Assembly: GCA_973895155.1 (NCBI GenBank)
Contig: OZ316898.1
Span: 15,468,330 to 15,532,329, forward strand
Source: Marsupella aquatica
Lineage: Eukaryota > Plantae > Marchantiophyta
DNA: 64,000 bases
Reading direction: 5' to 3'
The position numbers and the translations under genes are program-made. This document shows positions 13,423 to 24,309 of the stretch, piece after piece (position 1 is the first letter of the stretch; every line of letters begins with the position of its first letter). Under the pieces are notes generated by a model that was not told the origin of the DNA, ran no database searches, and was given only the letters and a program-made list of their open reading frames with translations.

Positions 13423-13722
13423 CTACGATTTGTGCCTACAAGTAGTGGCTACTAAATCATATGGCAAAACATGTAGCAAACTACTACATTCCTCATCATC
13501 CTCTTCACACCCGGCTTCACACTCATCTGCCGAAAAGTAAACCTCCTCCTCATTTCCCCTACAATACTGTACAACAGATTCAAGGCTGACAATGATTCTG
13601 CCAGGTGGGGGTACAAATTGCCGGATTACCAAACCAACCAGCCAAACCACCACAACATACATCCATGTAGCCACCCGTATGAGGGGTCTACATATGGTAT
13701 GGCAATCTGGAAAAAACGACAT
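13423..13722 (-). CDS. Possible small CACTA cargo protein (99 aa; hydrophobic segment plus acidic/Cys tail)
   Basis: ATG-started ORF downstream of a ttgtag acceptor (~13765), on the same strand as the other CACTA genes. No recognisable homology. Confidence 0.3.
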   Translation of the reverse strand: MSFFPDCHTICRPLIRVATWMYVVVVWLVGLVIRQFVPPPGRIIVSLESVVQYCRGNEEEVYFSADECEAGCEEDDEECSSLLHVLPYDLVATTCRHKS

Positions 13723-14327
13723 ACCGAGTGTAGTGTTTCACCTCCAACATTCACTGGTGAGAACCTACAACATGGACACAACAGTAAGCTCAGCTCCCTC
13801 ATAATCTGTACTGTCTTGCCACTCTGTAGTTGTCTCTTTAAGTTCATACTGTGCATTTTTAGTTGCAGAAAGGTTTTACATTTTATCTCTTAAGTTTCAT
13901 GTGTTTAGGATACTTCTTTCAAACTTGAAACTCTATTGCTACCCACAGACAGTAGGTTGAAGAAAATATCCCGTTGACAATGCCCCATCCATGACAGCCA
14001 ACATCCAAGACAATCGTATAAACATTGGGTCCAAACAATTCAATCACATCCACAATATTGACATCCATGCATAAACATCAATGGGAATGTTCCTCATACT
14101 GGTATACAAAATAATTACCAAATAAATAAATAAAGTTTGAGTACTTTAGATGTTTTAGGAAGCCTTAGTCAATTAAACCGGGAGCACTGTCTCCATGCTT
14201 GTGCTAACCATTCACACAGTTCACAAAATGTGTGATTATGACAAAACATCATTGTTCCATTGATTAACTAACTGTATCGATGTCTACAGTAGTAATGATG
14301 TATTTGAACCAAAATGGACCAGGTGAA

Positions 14328-14981
14328 TCAAAGCCAGGAGATGTGATCATGAGCCGCTGTGCCTAGAGCAGGGTCAATAGGATGGTCAGGACAGTAAATC
14401 ATCCAACGTCCTTGGTCATGTGCAGTATGATGCCAGGGCACTCTGTCCGATGCAAAACCTTGACGCTTACTCTCGGCTAGGCAAGTACGATGCCAAGTTT
14501 TGGGACATCTCAAACACTGCACGGCCTCTGCCAGATGAGGGTCACCATGGTCCTGCTGGCATGCAACACATGTATGGATGGGGCAAGACTCCACATCAAG
14601 TGGCAAGCATCCATGACAATAAAAACGAACACAATATGGCTGGGGGCACTGCCTGGCAGTAGTAGAGACAATGCCACACTGAAAACACCTGTATGTCTTA
14701 TCCTTACACTCTGGACAATACCAAGGATCATCATCCTTGCCTGGTGCAATAAATACAGCAGGGCACCTGCCAACAACCTCACCAACTTTGGAAACATGGT
14801 GGAAGTGCCGATGGCAAGCCCCATCACACATGGCCAGATCTCCATGCCAGTCACAAATGCCACAAAGCTGGGGACTACACTGACGTTTCTCAACGTCTGA
14901 CCACAATTCAATCATCAACACATCTTCCTCCTTTCTCGTTCGAGTATCATTCTTTCTGGCTTTATGCTTGGTCCTAGCCAT
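14328..14981 (-). CDS. EDM2/NSD-like PHD-finger protein with histone-H3-like N-terminus (217 aa), CACTA cargo
   Basis: ATG at 14981 (context cataATGg), 8 nt after a tccag acceptor. Starts MARTKHKARK. Then CGIC...CDGACHRHFH...C...WYCPEC, RCFQC...CPQPYCVRFYCHGC, CPIHTCVAC...CLRCPKTWHRTC...MIYCPDHPIDPALGT..HDHI. Confidence 0.85.
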   Translation of the reverse strand: MARTKHKARKNDTRTRKEEDVLMIELWSDVEKRQCSPQLCGICDWHGDLAMCDGACHRHFHHVSKVGEVVGRCPAVFIAPGKDDDPWYCPECKDKTYRCFQCGIVSTTARQCPQPYCVRFYCHGCLPLDVESCPIHTCVACQQDHGDPHLAEAVQCLRCPKTWHRTCLAESKRQGFASDRVPWHHTAHDQGRWMIYCPDHPIDPALGTAAHDHISWL

Positions 14982-15739
14982 TATGACCACTGGACATGAA
15001 CAAGAAAACTTGAAGAGTTATTAAACTGTTAAATTGGTTGTCATAAAACACGTACTTACCACTTGCATATTGCAATCCAATGTGGGGCCAGAATGTAGAG
15101 GACTCACCAATTGTACTCAACCAAGAGGAAGGCAATGAAATTTGGAGATTGCCTTGATCGGTTTCAGATGTAGATCTCAATCCCCTCTCACGTCACAGGA
15201 TGTAAAAACAAGGATTCATAATCTGCAACAGCACAAATGTGACACAAAATATCATTTAAATGGAGCCACTACACAGAGCACTGGTTTGAGTTGGCAAGGA
15301 CTATGCATGGACAAACATTACATGGACACTCTTCAACTTTCTTCATTCACTGTACCCGATCTAGAGCCATAAGGCATATCTGCCAGGGGGGAGTGGGAGT
15401 CATTGACAGAGACTTTAACTATTGGATTCAACTTTCATTTAGCAATAGATTGTGGGCCTTCTGGAACAGAGTCATTGAACAGAGATGTTGAGTGGACTGG
15501 TGACATCTTAGATTAAAATGTTGTGCTTAGTAGATAGGGGTTTTGCAATGTACTTCAAAACTTTAATTCCACTGAGGTGTTCAAACCCTCAATACAAAAT
15601 TGTACGAATATATAGAAAAAGTCAAAACATAAGTTATTTCTCAGTGTTTAAGTTACTATTTCATCCAAAAATATGCCTTATCTCATTGCATCTTGGTACG
15701 TGCGTACTGTGTTAGAATTCCTGCAGGTGTAAACTAACT

Positions 15740-16192
15740 TCAAATCAAACATGATGTGTCCGAGAAACCCCCAATAGCGGGGTTTGGCAGGGCAGGACAC
15801 CTGAGATCACTATCCACACCATTCAACAATGCAAAGTGGTTCCAAAGGATGCATATCCTCCTACTTTGTTTAGCGGCTTTGTCAGCACCGACCAGGGTTG
15901 TTGGGTTCACCACCCTACAAGCAACGCAGTCATACTGGCAAGAATGGATACATCCATGCGCTAGGATGGCCTTGACGTGTGGCACTTCGCCAATAAGTGA
16001 CACATACACCACGGATGTGGGAAAGGGTAATGCCACAGGTGGAGGCCGGCTGTAGTCATTCTGCACTACAACTGGATAACGAAAATACCATGTAGAGTGG
16101 GCTGGCCATGTGCCACGTCTGACAAACTCTAGACGCAATCTCTCTACGGTGCCTGCAAGACTCTGAGAATGAGCGCTGCGAGTCCTCACCAT
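15740..16192 (-). CDS. Unknown CACTA cargo protein (150 aa, Cys/His cluster)
   Basis: ATG ORF after a tttcag acceptor (~16253). Starts MVRTRS and contains HGCIHSCQYDCVAC. Confidence 0.45.
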   Translation of the reverse strand: MVRTRSAHSQSLAGTVERLRLEFVRRGTWPAHSTWYFRYPVVVQNDYSRPPPVALPFPTSVVYVSLIGEVPHVKAILAHGCIHSCQYDCVACRVVNPTTLVGADKAAKQSRRICILWNHFALLNGVDSDLRCPALPNPAIGGFSDTSCLI

Positions 16193-19100
16193 AGCTATTC
16201 TTGATCACGTCCTGTGCTGCTTTGCTCACGTCCACAGCAGGTCCACTCGCTCCTGAAACTATAAGACCATGGTTAAAAAACTGGAGATTTCATGACTGAC
16301 CCTGAATTTCAGTTTATATACAGGGATGAATCCCTTCACGTTTTAAAGGACAAGCTTAGACAGGCTCAAGACTTTCCCAATGCCAACAATTGGTAATTCT
16401 ATTTACCGCGCACACAAACAAGACTCCATTAACCATACCAGAGTACAGAATAGGAGGCCGACCTAGAGAGCAGGTAGCATTGATCCAAGATTCATAGAAA
16501 GAGAAGCAACAGCACGAGACAAGATGAAGAAACTCAAAACAGACCTTGAAACAGAGTGACCACTCTTGACCAAAATGACAGGATCGTCAAGAAAGTAAAA
16601 ATGAAAATTTACAAACATCCACGGAAATACGAGACAATGAAGTGAGATCTCACTTCAGGGGCTTGGCATGGTGCATGATTCACGCCCTCGCTGGTAAGAA
16701 AAGTCTTGAGGTGTTCCAATTGGTGGCAATGAGAGAACCCTCAAGAAAAAGCACAAATGACAAGGATAGCGCCAATAAAATAGCATTGTCCACAAAAGAC
16801 CAAGGGGGGCAGTAGCCTACTTGTTACATGTAGAACCTCAATGTAAATTTGGAGACGTAAACCTTTCAGCCAGTAATAACAACTTTACGGCAATCTTGCC
16901 CCAGCAAAAACAGACAAAGGTCAAGAGTGTGAACGTCACTGGCTTTGAGCTACCACAAAGTCGGATACACGTATGTCAGCGCAACCAGAGTATTGAATCG
17001 GACAGCAAGCCAGACAGTAGGTAGCATTGATCAAGACAAACAGAACTCTGCTACTAGTATAGCAAGTAAAGAGCTTCTTCTCTACAACAAAACAAGTTTG
17101 TCTCTATTTCAACTGTGAACCATTAGTCTCTATTTAAACAGTTAACCCGGGACGTGGAGAGGACAAGACTATTAAATGACAAGACTAAAGAGTATTTCAT
17201 TCTTCCATTATGTACTCATCTATAGCAAACAGCAAGCAATATGTGACCAGTATGCTGAAGTAAGCCTTACAGACCAGCAATGATTCGATAGTGTTCCAAG
17301 AGACAAAAGGAGGGAAGGGTCTGTGGAGGCGCATCATCAGCATGGGCAGGTTATTTATTGCTATATTGCAAGCACATCCACGATAGTACAGGTACATCCG
17401 AGGCAGAGCACAGCAGGCGCCCTGCCAAACAAGGCAATGCACAAAACAGAGAGAGGAAGAGAGAGAATGAGCACATAGGATGAGCAGACGACAAGAATTC
17501 CTAGAGAAACTGTGAAGGTTTTAGATTGATTGCTTCAGATTGATTGCTTCAAAGGGGTCTATTGGATCGAGAATGTAACGGTCTAATCTGCAATACAGCC
17601 TCAACAATACATTCGGGAAGCCATCGCACAAAACAAACAAGACAAACAGCTGATTTCAGACCCGGATGTACTTGTAGCAGAGAGCAGCGAGCAAGTAAGC
17701 TCTGTTTGGGAAAGCTGAAAGAAATCAAGGGCATGGCCGGGAAGTGAAAGAAGCTGACAAACAAATGAGTGGCGAGTATGTTGAGCCAGATGAAAGCTGA
17801 CAACTGCCAACAAGGAGTTTGGCAGGTCCAGTGTCCACCACGCAGCGCCAAGGTCCGACCAGCAACCCTCCCCCGAGCTGTGACCTATGCTGCCGACAAG
17901 CTGTGATGGCCCGAGCTGCTCTGGCCAGCTCCTTTGCAACTCCAATGTGAACCAATAGGTCCACTATCCACAAATGAGCTCAACGGAAATCAGCTTGGTG
18001 GAAATCAGCTCAGCCATTTACGACTCTGACAAATAGCCCAAAGCAAATGAGAGCTCAAATCCCAGCAATGGTGACTAATTAGAAACTCCAACCTGCACTG
18101 TAGGTCGATGTCCACTATTGCAGCTTGCCTGTCTCCCTTCTTGCAGATTGCCCAGCTCCGCAATACCGCTGACAAGGAGTTTGGAGAGTCAGTGCCCACC
18201 ACGCGGCGCCAATGTCCAACGTACCGAAAACCCTGCTCCTTCACAACTCTGGCACCAAAACCTGACAATGCCTGATTAGCCTCGACGTTTCCAGTGGGGA
18301 AATGCACTCTGTTTGAGCTCCGACAGGCTACAGCTGAATCACAGCTCCGCACTCAATCGCTCTGCACTCAAACACAGTTTGTGGCTCTACAACTCTGCAG
18401 CTCTTGCCACTCCCACACTCCGCACTCGCGCACTCCCACAACTCTGTGCTCCCATAGCTTCGCACTCCCGTAGCTCCGCCGCGCAGCTCTGCACTCCACT
18501 TCAGAAAAAAGCCACGAGCCTTGATTGCAGCACTAACTCCAGTGCACCGTGCCCACATTCACTCCCGCAGCTTCGCACTCCACAGACTCAATCCATGAGG
18601 TGCGATCGCAGCCCTAAACTCCACAGCTCTGGAGGCAAAAAAAGCAGTGCAAGGTCCTTGCTAAACCCCTTTGCTCTCTTCTCCTAAACCCTTTGTGCTA
18701 GAGAGTAACCACAACATTCAGCGTTTCACCTCGATACTTTGTCGGAAGAGTGGAACGCTGCAACTCTTCATCCAACGTAAGGCGGGTGCAAATAGCCGTT
18801 TGGCGCGAACCCGTACTCTAGACTTACTCTGACATGGAAGCACCTAGGGTGATCTCAGCCATCGGATGAGGGTGATCTTAGCCATCTGAATCTACACCCC
18901 AAGCCCCCAGGCCATCCCATCCATCCCTTATGTTATAAAGCCAACCCACTCACCCCCCAGGTTTTTTTGAATGTAGTTTCACCCCAACGTTGCCACTTGT
19001 CTAACACCTACAAATAAGTGCTAAGTGGTGACTACCTGGCTCTTTCAAAGTGGTGCAAAAAATGAAGAACTTCCAATATGCCACCAACAATGTTACCTAG

Positions 19101-19781
19101 GTGGTATAATTACTTGGGTAGTAAACATTTAATTTCTCGCAATGCTTTTTAAAGTGAGAAATGACATTATCCATGTGAGTCCTAATGCGGGTCCTAATGC
19201 CAACCATTTATCCTAATTAAACCCACATTTTCATTTCTAGAGTACCCTATGTGAATCACTTTTTGTCTATTGCCAATTTTAATACCTTACTTACTCCTTG
19301 AAATTGTGTAAATCATACAAAGCTTTAGAAGTAATATATGCTAGTGGTGCTACAAAATAATACATTTTCTATGACACTCCCTTGCATTGAGAGATACGCT
19401 GAGTGTCTAGAAACCCCAAGCTTCTATGTACCCTAAACCATGTTCCGGCCAGGATGTTGTTTTAATTTTCTCTATGTTTTAATTACCCTTGGCACCATTC
19501 ACTAAACTTCTTTGGCAATTTAATGGCTCGCACTTCGGAAAATCACCACATTCCAAGTGCTTTTGCCAGTCCCCTCCGAACCCACTACCTGGTGGCAAGT
19601 GGTTTAAGCAATGTATCACTCAAATGTTGGTGACATAGTTGCTGCACTTTGGTGAGAGTCCGATACTACATCACTTGTAGTGGAATTTACAAGCTCTCCA
19701 TCCCTTACTTGATTGTAAGTTGTTTGTAAATTACAACATTTATGTCATTTATCACTACTGACTAGGTGATGGTAGTAGCGA

Positions 19782-22700
19782 CCACCACTTCATGAGAAGT
19801 TGTTTAGAAGGATGCATGATGTACCACCCCAGCCTGAGTGACAATGTTAGTCGCTAAAAATGAGGGCTTTGAAGCACATTGTTTTGAGTGGTTTCGGGAG
19901 TGACAAACTTACAAAGGATAATAAGAAGTGGACGGGGAAGTGATTCACCTTGCAACAATTCTCGGAGGGCCACAATTAAAGGAGGAGGGTTGGGCCGCCG
20001 CCATAACAATTCCTCTATGTTAGCCCCCCCATGGTGAAGCCGTGGGACACCCCCATCACGTGTGCCAACTAGTTATAGCAACGACAATGAGGTTTGTGAC
20101 AAAATGCCAAGGTGGAGAGATTTGAGGCACACAAGTGATGGAACATCATGAACTCCACACAAATCACTCCAAGACTCTACGGAATTACAAATATGGGGCT
20201 TATGTGATGCAACACACAATTCACTCCTTTTAGCACTAGTTCATGGTTTGGGATCACACTAAAGTGTGTTGCATCACTCAAATACGGGTGCAATTTGTAG
20301 TCGCCAAAAGGCGAGGGCCTCAAAGGACATTTTTCCGAGTCAATTGGGCGTGTACATATAAATACGCTTCATTGCAAGTGTTCGCACCCAATTTACTTCT
20401 CAACTCAAATAAAGGTGGTATCTTAAGTTGCATTTGCCCTAAACCCTAAAACCACCTCATTTGTAGCGGGGAACAACAATCACCCTTGGACTACCGCTTC
20501 AAGAGAAGTTATTTGGAGGAATGCGTGATGTACCACCCCAGCTTGAGTGATAGTATTAGTCGCTAGAAATGAGGGCTAAGTTGAAGAACATAGTTTTTAG
20601 TGATTTGGGGAGTGACAAACTTACAATGGATAATGAGAAGTGGATCCACCTTGCGGCAATTCTCGGAGGGCCACGATTAAAGGAGGAGGGTTGGGCCCGT
20701 CGCCATAACAATTCCTCCATGTTAGCCCCCCCATGGTGAGGTCGTGGGACACCCCATCACGTGTGCCAACTAGTTATAGCGACGACAATGAGGTTGTGAC
20801 GCACAAAATGCCAAGGTGGAGAGATTTGAGGCACACAAGTGATGGAACATCATGAACTCCACACAAATCACTCCAAGACTCTACGGAATTACAAATATGG
20901 GGCTTATGTGATGCGACACACAATTCACTCCTTTTAGCACTAGTTCATGGTTTGGGATCACACTAAAGTGTGCTGCATCACTCAAATACGGGTGCAATTT
21001 GTAGTCGCCAAAAGGCAAGGGCCTCAAAGGACATTTTTCCGAGTCAATTGGGCGTGTACATATAAATACGCTTCATTGCAAGTGTTCGCACCCAATTTAC
21101 TTCTCAACTCAAATAAAGGTGGTATCTTAAGTTGCATTTGCCCTAAACCCTAAAACCACCTCATTTGTAGTGGGGAACAACAATCACCCTTGGACTACCG
21201 CTTCAAGAGAAGTTATTTGGAGGAATGCGTGATGTACCACCCCAGCTTGAGTGATAGTATTAGTTGCTAGAAATGAGGGCTTTGAAGAACATAGTTTTTA
21301 GTGATTTGGGGAGTGACAAACTTACAATGGATAATGAGAAGTGGATCCACCTTGCGGCAATTCTCGGAGGGCCACGATTAAAGGAGGAGGGTTGGGCCAC
21401 CGCCATACAAATTCCTCTGTGTTGGCCCCCCCATGGTTAACCCATGGGACACCCCCATCACGTGTGCCAACTAGTTATAACAACGACAATGAGATTGTGA
21501 CGCATAAATTGCCAAGGTGGAGAGATTTGAGGCACCCAAGTGATGCAACAGCATGAACTCCACACAAATCACTCCAAGACTCTACGGAATTACAAATATG
21601 GGGCTTATGTGATGCGACACACAATTCACTCCTTTTAGCACTAGTTCATGGTTTGGGATCACACTAAAGTGTGCTGCATCACTCAAATACGGGTGCAATT
21701 TGTAGTCGCCAAAAGGCGAGGGCCTCAAAGGACATTTTTCCGAGTCAATTGGGCGTGTACATATAAATACGCTTCATTGCAAGTGTTCGCACCCAATTTA
21801 CTTCTCAACTCAAATAAAGGTGGTATCTTAAGTTGCATTTGCCCTAAACCCTAAAACCACCTCATTTGTAGCGGGGAACAACAATCACCCTTGGAATACC
21901 ACTTCATGACAAGTTGTTTAGAGGGATGCGTGATGTATCACCCCAGCCTGAGTGATAGTGTTAGTTGTTAGAAATGAGGGCTTTGAAGAACAAAGTTTTT
22001 AGTGATTTGGGGGGTGACAAACTTACAATGGATAATAAGAAATGGATCCACCTTGCGGCAATTCTTGGAGGGCCACGATTAAAGGAGGAGGGTTGGGCTG
22101 CCGCCATACCAATTCCTCTGTGTTAGCCCCCCCATGGTGAACCCATGGGACACCCCCATCACATGTGCCAACTAGTTATAACAACGACAATGAGATTGTG
22201 ACGCATAAATTGCCAAGGTGGAGAGATTTGAGGCACCCAAGTGATGCAACAGCATGAACTCCACACAAATCACTCCAAGACTCTATGGAATTACAAATAT
22301 GGGGCTTATTTGATGCATCCACACAATTCACTCCTCTTAGCACTAGTTCATGGTTTGGGATCACACTAAAGTGTGCTGCATCACTCAAATATGGGTGCAA
22401 TTTGTAGTCGCCAAAAGGCGAGGGCCTGAAAGGACCTTTTTTCGAATCAATTGGGCGTGTACATATAAATACACTTCATTGCAAGTGTTTGCACCCAATT
22501 TATTTCTCAACTCAAATAAAGGTGGTATTTTAAGTTGCATTTGCCTTAAACCCTAAAACCACCTCATTTGTAGTGGTTTGCCCCCCAATCATCCTAGGAC
22601 TACCACTTCATGAGAAGTTGTTTAGAAGGATGTGTGATGTACCACCCCAGCTTGAGTGACAATGTTAGTCGCTAGAAATGAGAGCTTTAAAGCACATTGT

Positions 22701-23280
22701 TTTGAGTGGTTTCCGGAGTGACAGACTTACAATGGATAATGAGAAGTGGATCCACCTTGCCGCAATTCTCGCAGGGTCACGATTAAAGGAGGAGGGCTGG
22801 GCCCGCCGCCACCACAATTCCTCCGTGTTAGCTCCCCCATGGTGAACCCATGGGATAGCCCCATCCCGTGTGCCAACTAGTTATAGCAACGACAATGAGA
22901 TTGTGATGCATAAATTGCCAAGGTGGAGATATTGAGGCACCCAAGTGATGCAACATCATGAACTCCACACAAATCACTCCAAGACTCTACAGAATTACAA
23001 ATATGAGGCTTATTTGATGCATCCACACAATTCACTCCTTTTAGCACTAGGTCATGGCAAATGATCGCACCAATGTGTGTTACATCACTCAAATATGGAT
23101 GCAGTTTGTAGTTGCAAGAAGATGAGAGCCCGAAAGGACCTTATGTTAAGTGGTTGGGCTGGTATTTACCAATGCACTTGATTGGAAGTTCAAACACATA
23201 ACTTTCCCAACTCAAAACATGGTGGTATTTCAAGTGACAGGTGCCCAAAACCCTCAAACTACATGTTCTGCAGTGGTTTG
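19782..23280. repeat. Tandem array of ~702-bp units (~5 copies) in the CACTA 5' subterminal region
   Basis: Same landmark at 20243, 20947, 21648 and 22350 (periods 704, 701, 702), with a degenerate fifth copy near 23050. Confidence 0.95.
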
Positions 23281-24309
23281 GGTACAATTTGTAAAAAAGA
23301 ATTATTTATCGCTGTAATTTTGGTGGCATGCATATCGTGGCTGAAAATGTGTGTTGCTAATGACATCATTGGGAGAGATTTTGGACATCACAAAATAATC
23401 CTTTCAATTTTCAGTCATTTGTCAAAACTATTCTGACACTCTAATGTTGATGGCATTTGTAGTTGCAAAATGTATTTAAAGAATGACATTATTCATAGTG
23501 ATTTTTGAGAATGAAAAATGATCTACTTCATTTCAAGTCATTTGCAAGGCCCTCCATTGACACTCTACTCTTAGTGGCATTTGGAGTCACTAAAATGTGC
23601 GAAGAGAATAACATTCTTTAGAGTGATTTTGGACCAAAAGAGGATGTGGCACTTGGTTTGTAGTTGCATCAAATAATATTTATTGGACTCTAATATTAGT
23701 GGCATTTCTAGTCAGACAATTTGTGATAATAATGACTTTACTTAAAGAGATTTTGTACATTGACAATTAATTCACTCAATCTTAAGTTGTTTGTAAGAAT
23801 TTCCTTGTCACTAAAATATTTTAAGTGATTTTGCCAAAATTCATTTATGACTCCACTATTGGTGATATTTATAGTAACAAAAGGTGTGCTCACAAATGAC
23901 ATTATTTCAAGTAATTAAGATCACTTGGAAAAGATTCACTTGATTGGGAATTGATTGAAAAAACACCTTTACCATTCAAATATTGGTGGTACTTGTATTT
24001 GTAGTGCTTTTGGCCAGTAGTAAAATCTTAGTTAAAAATAGAGTTGTAAACATTGACGGTGTAATGGACGGTGGATTGTAGTGATTTGAAAATTGTATAA
24101 TATACAACTCTAATTAAAGTGATCTAAGTTTTAGTGGCAAAAAAAAGAGTTGTAATTAGTGATTAAGGTAACATAGTTCTAATTAGAGTCACAAAATGCA
24201 GATTATTACAACCCATTAAAAAAACAGTGGTTGGCACCACGTATGAGTTGTTTAGGCAAAGTAGTTGCAAGGCCTGTAGTAGTAAAACACAGGTTTTCTT
24301 CTAGTGCAG

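Larger units (their letters stand above)
4716..24306 (-). mobile_element. CACTA (En/Spm) DNA transposon, 19.6 kb
   Basis: Left end CACTAGAAGGAAATCGGGATTTTATCACTAC; right end (reverse complement) CACTAGAAGAAAACCTGTGTTTTACTACTAC. 3-bp TSD CAG at 4713-4715 and 24307-24309. Removing it restores the Copia integrase frame LWDP|VTFKLIVSRD. Encodes TnpD- and TnpA-like genes. Confidence 0.97.

Noticed and set aside
14328-14990. PHD gene as a host EDM2 gene, or as a true histone H3/CENH3
   Set aside because: It lies inside CACTA TIRs/TSD, lacks the other EDM2 domains, and has no histone fold. The track's start at 14990 is a GTG overlapping the splice acceptor.
16300-18700. Many overlapping short ORFs in the CACTA leader
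   Set aside because: Low-complexity, partly duplicated sequence (CTCCGCACT-like repeats) without consistent coding signal; more likely 5' UTR/intron.
20243-22556. Four near-identical 68-aa ORFs (MVWDHTK...)
   Set aside because: They only track the 702-bp tandem unit, are lost in the fifth copy, and have no recognisable domain.
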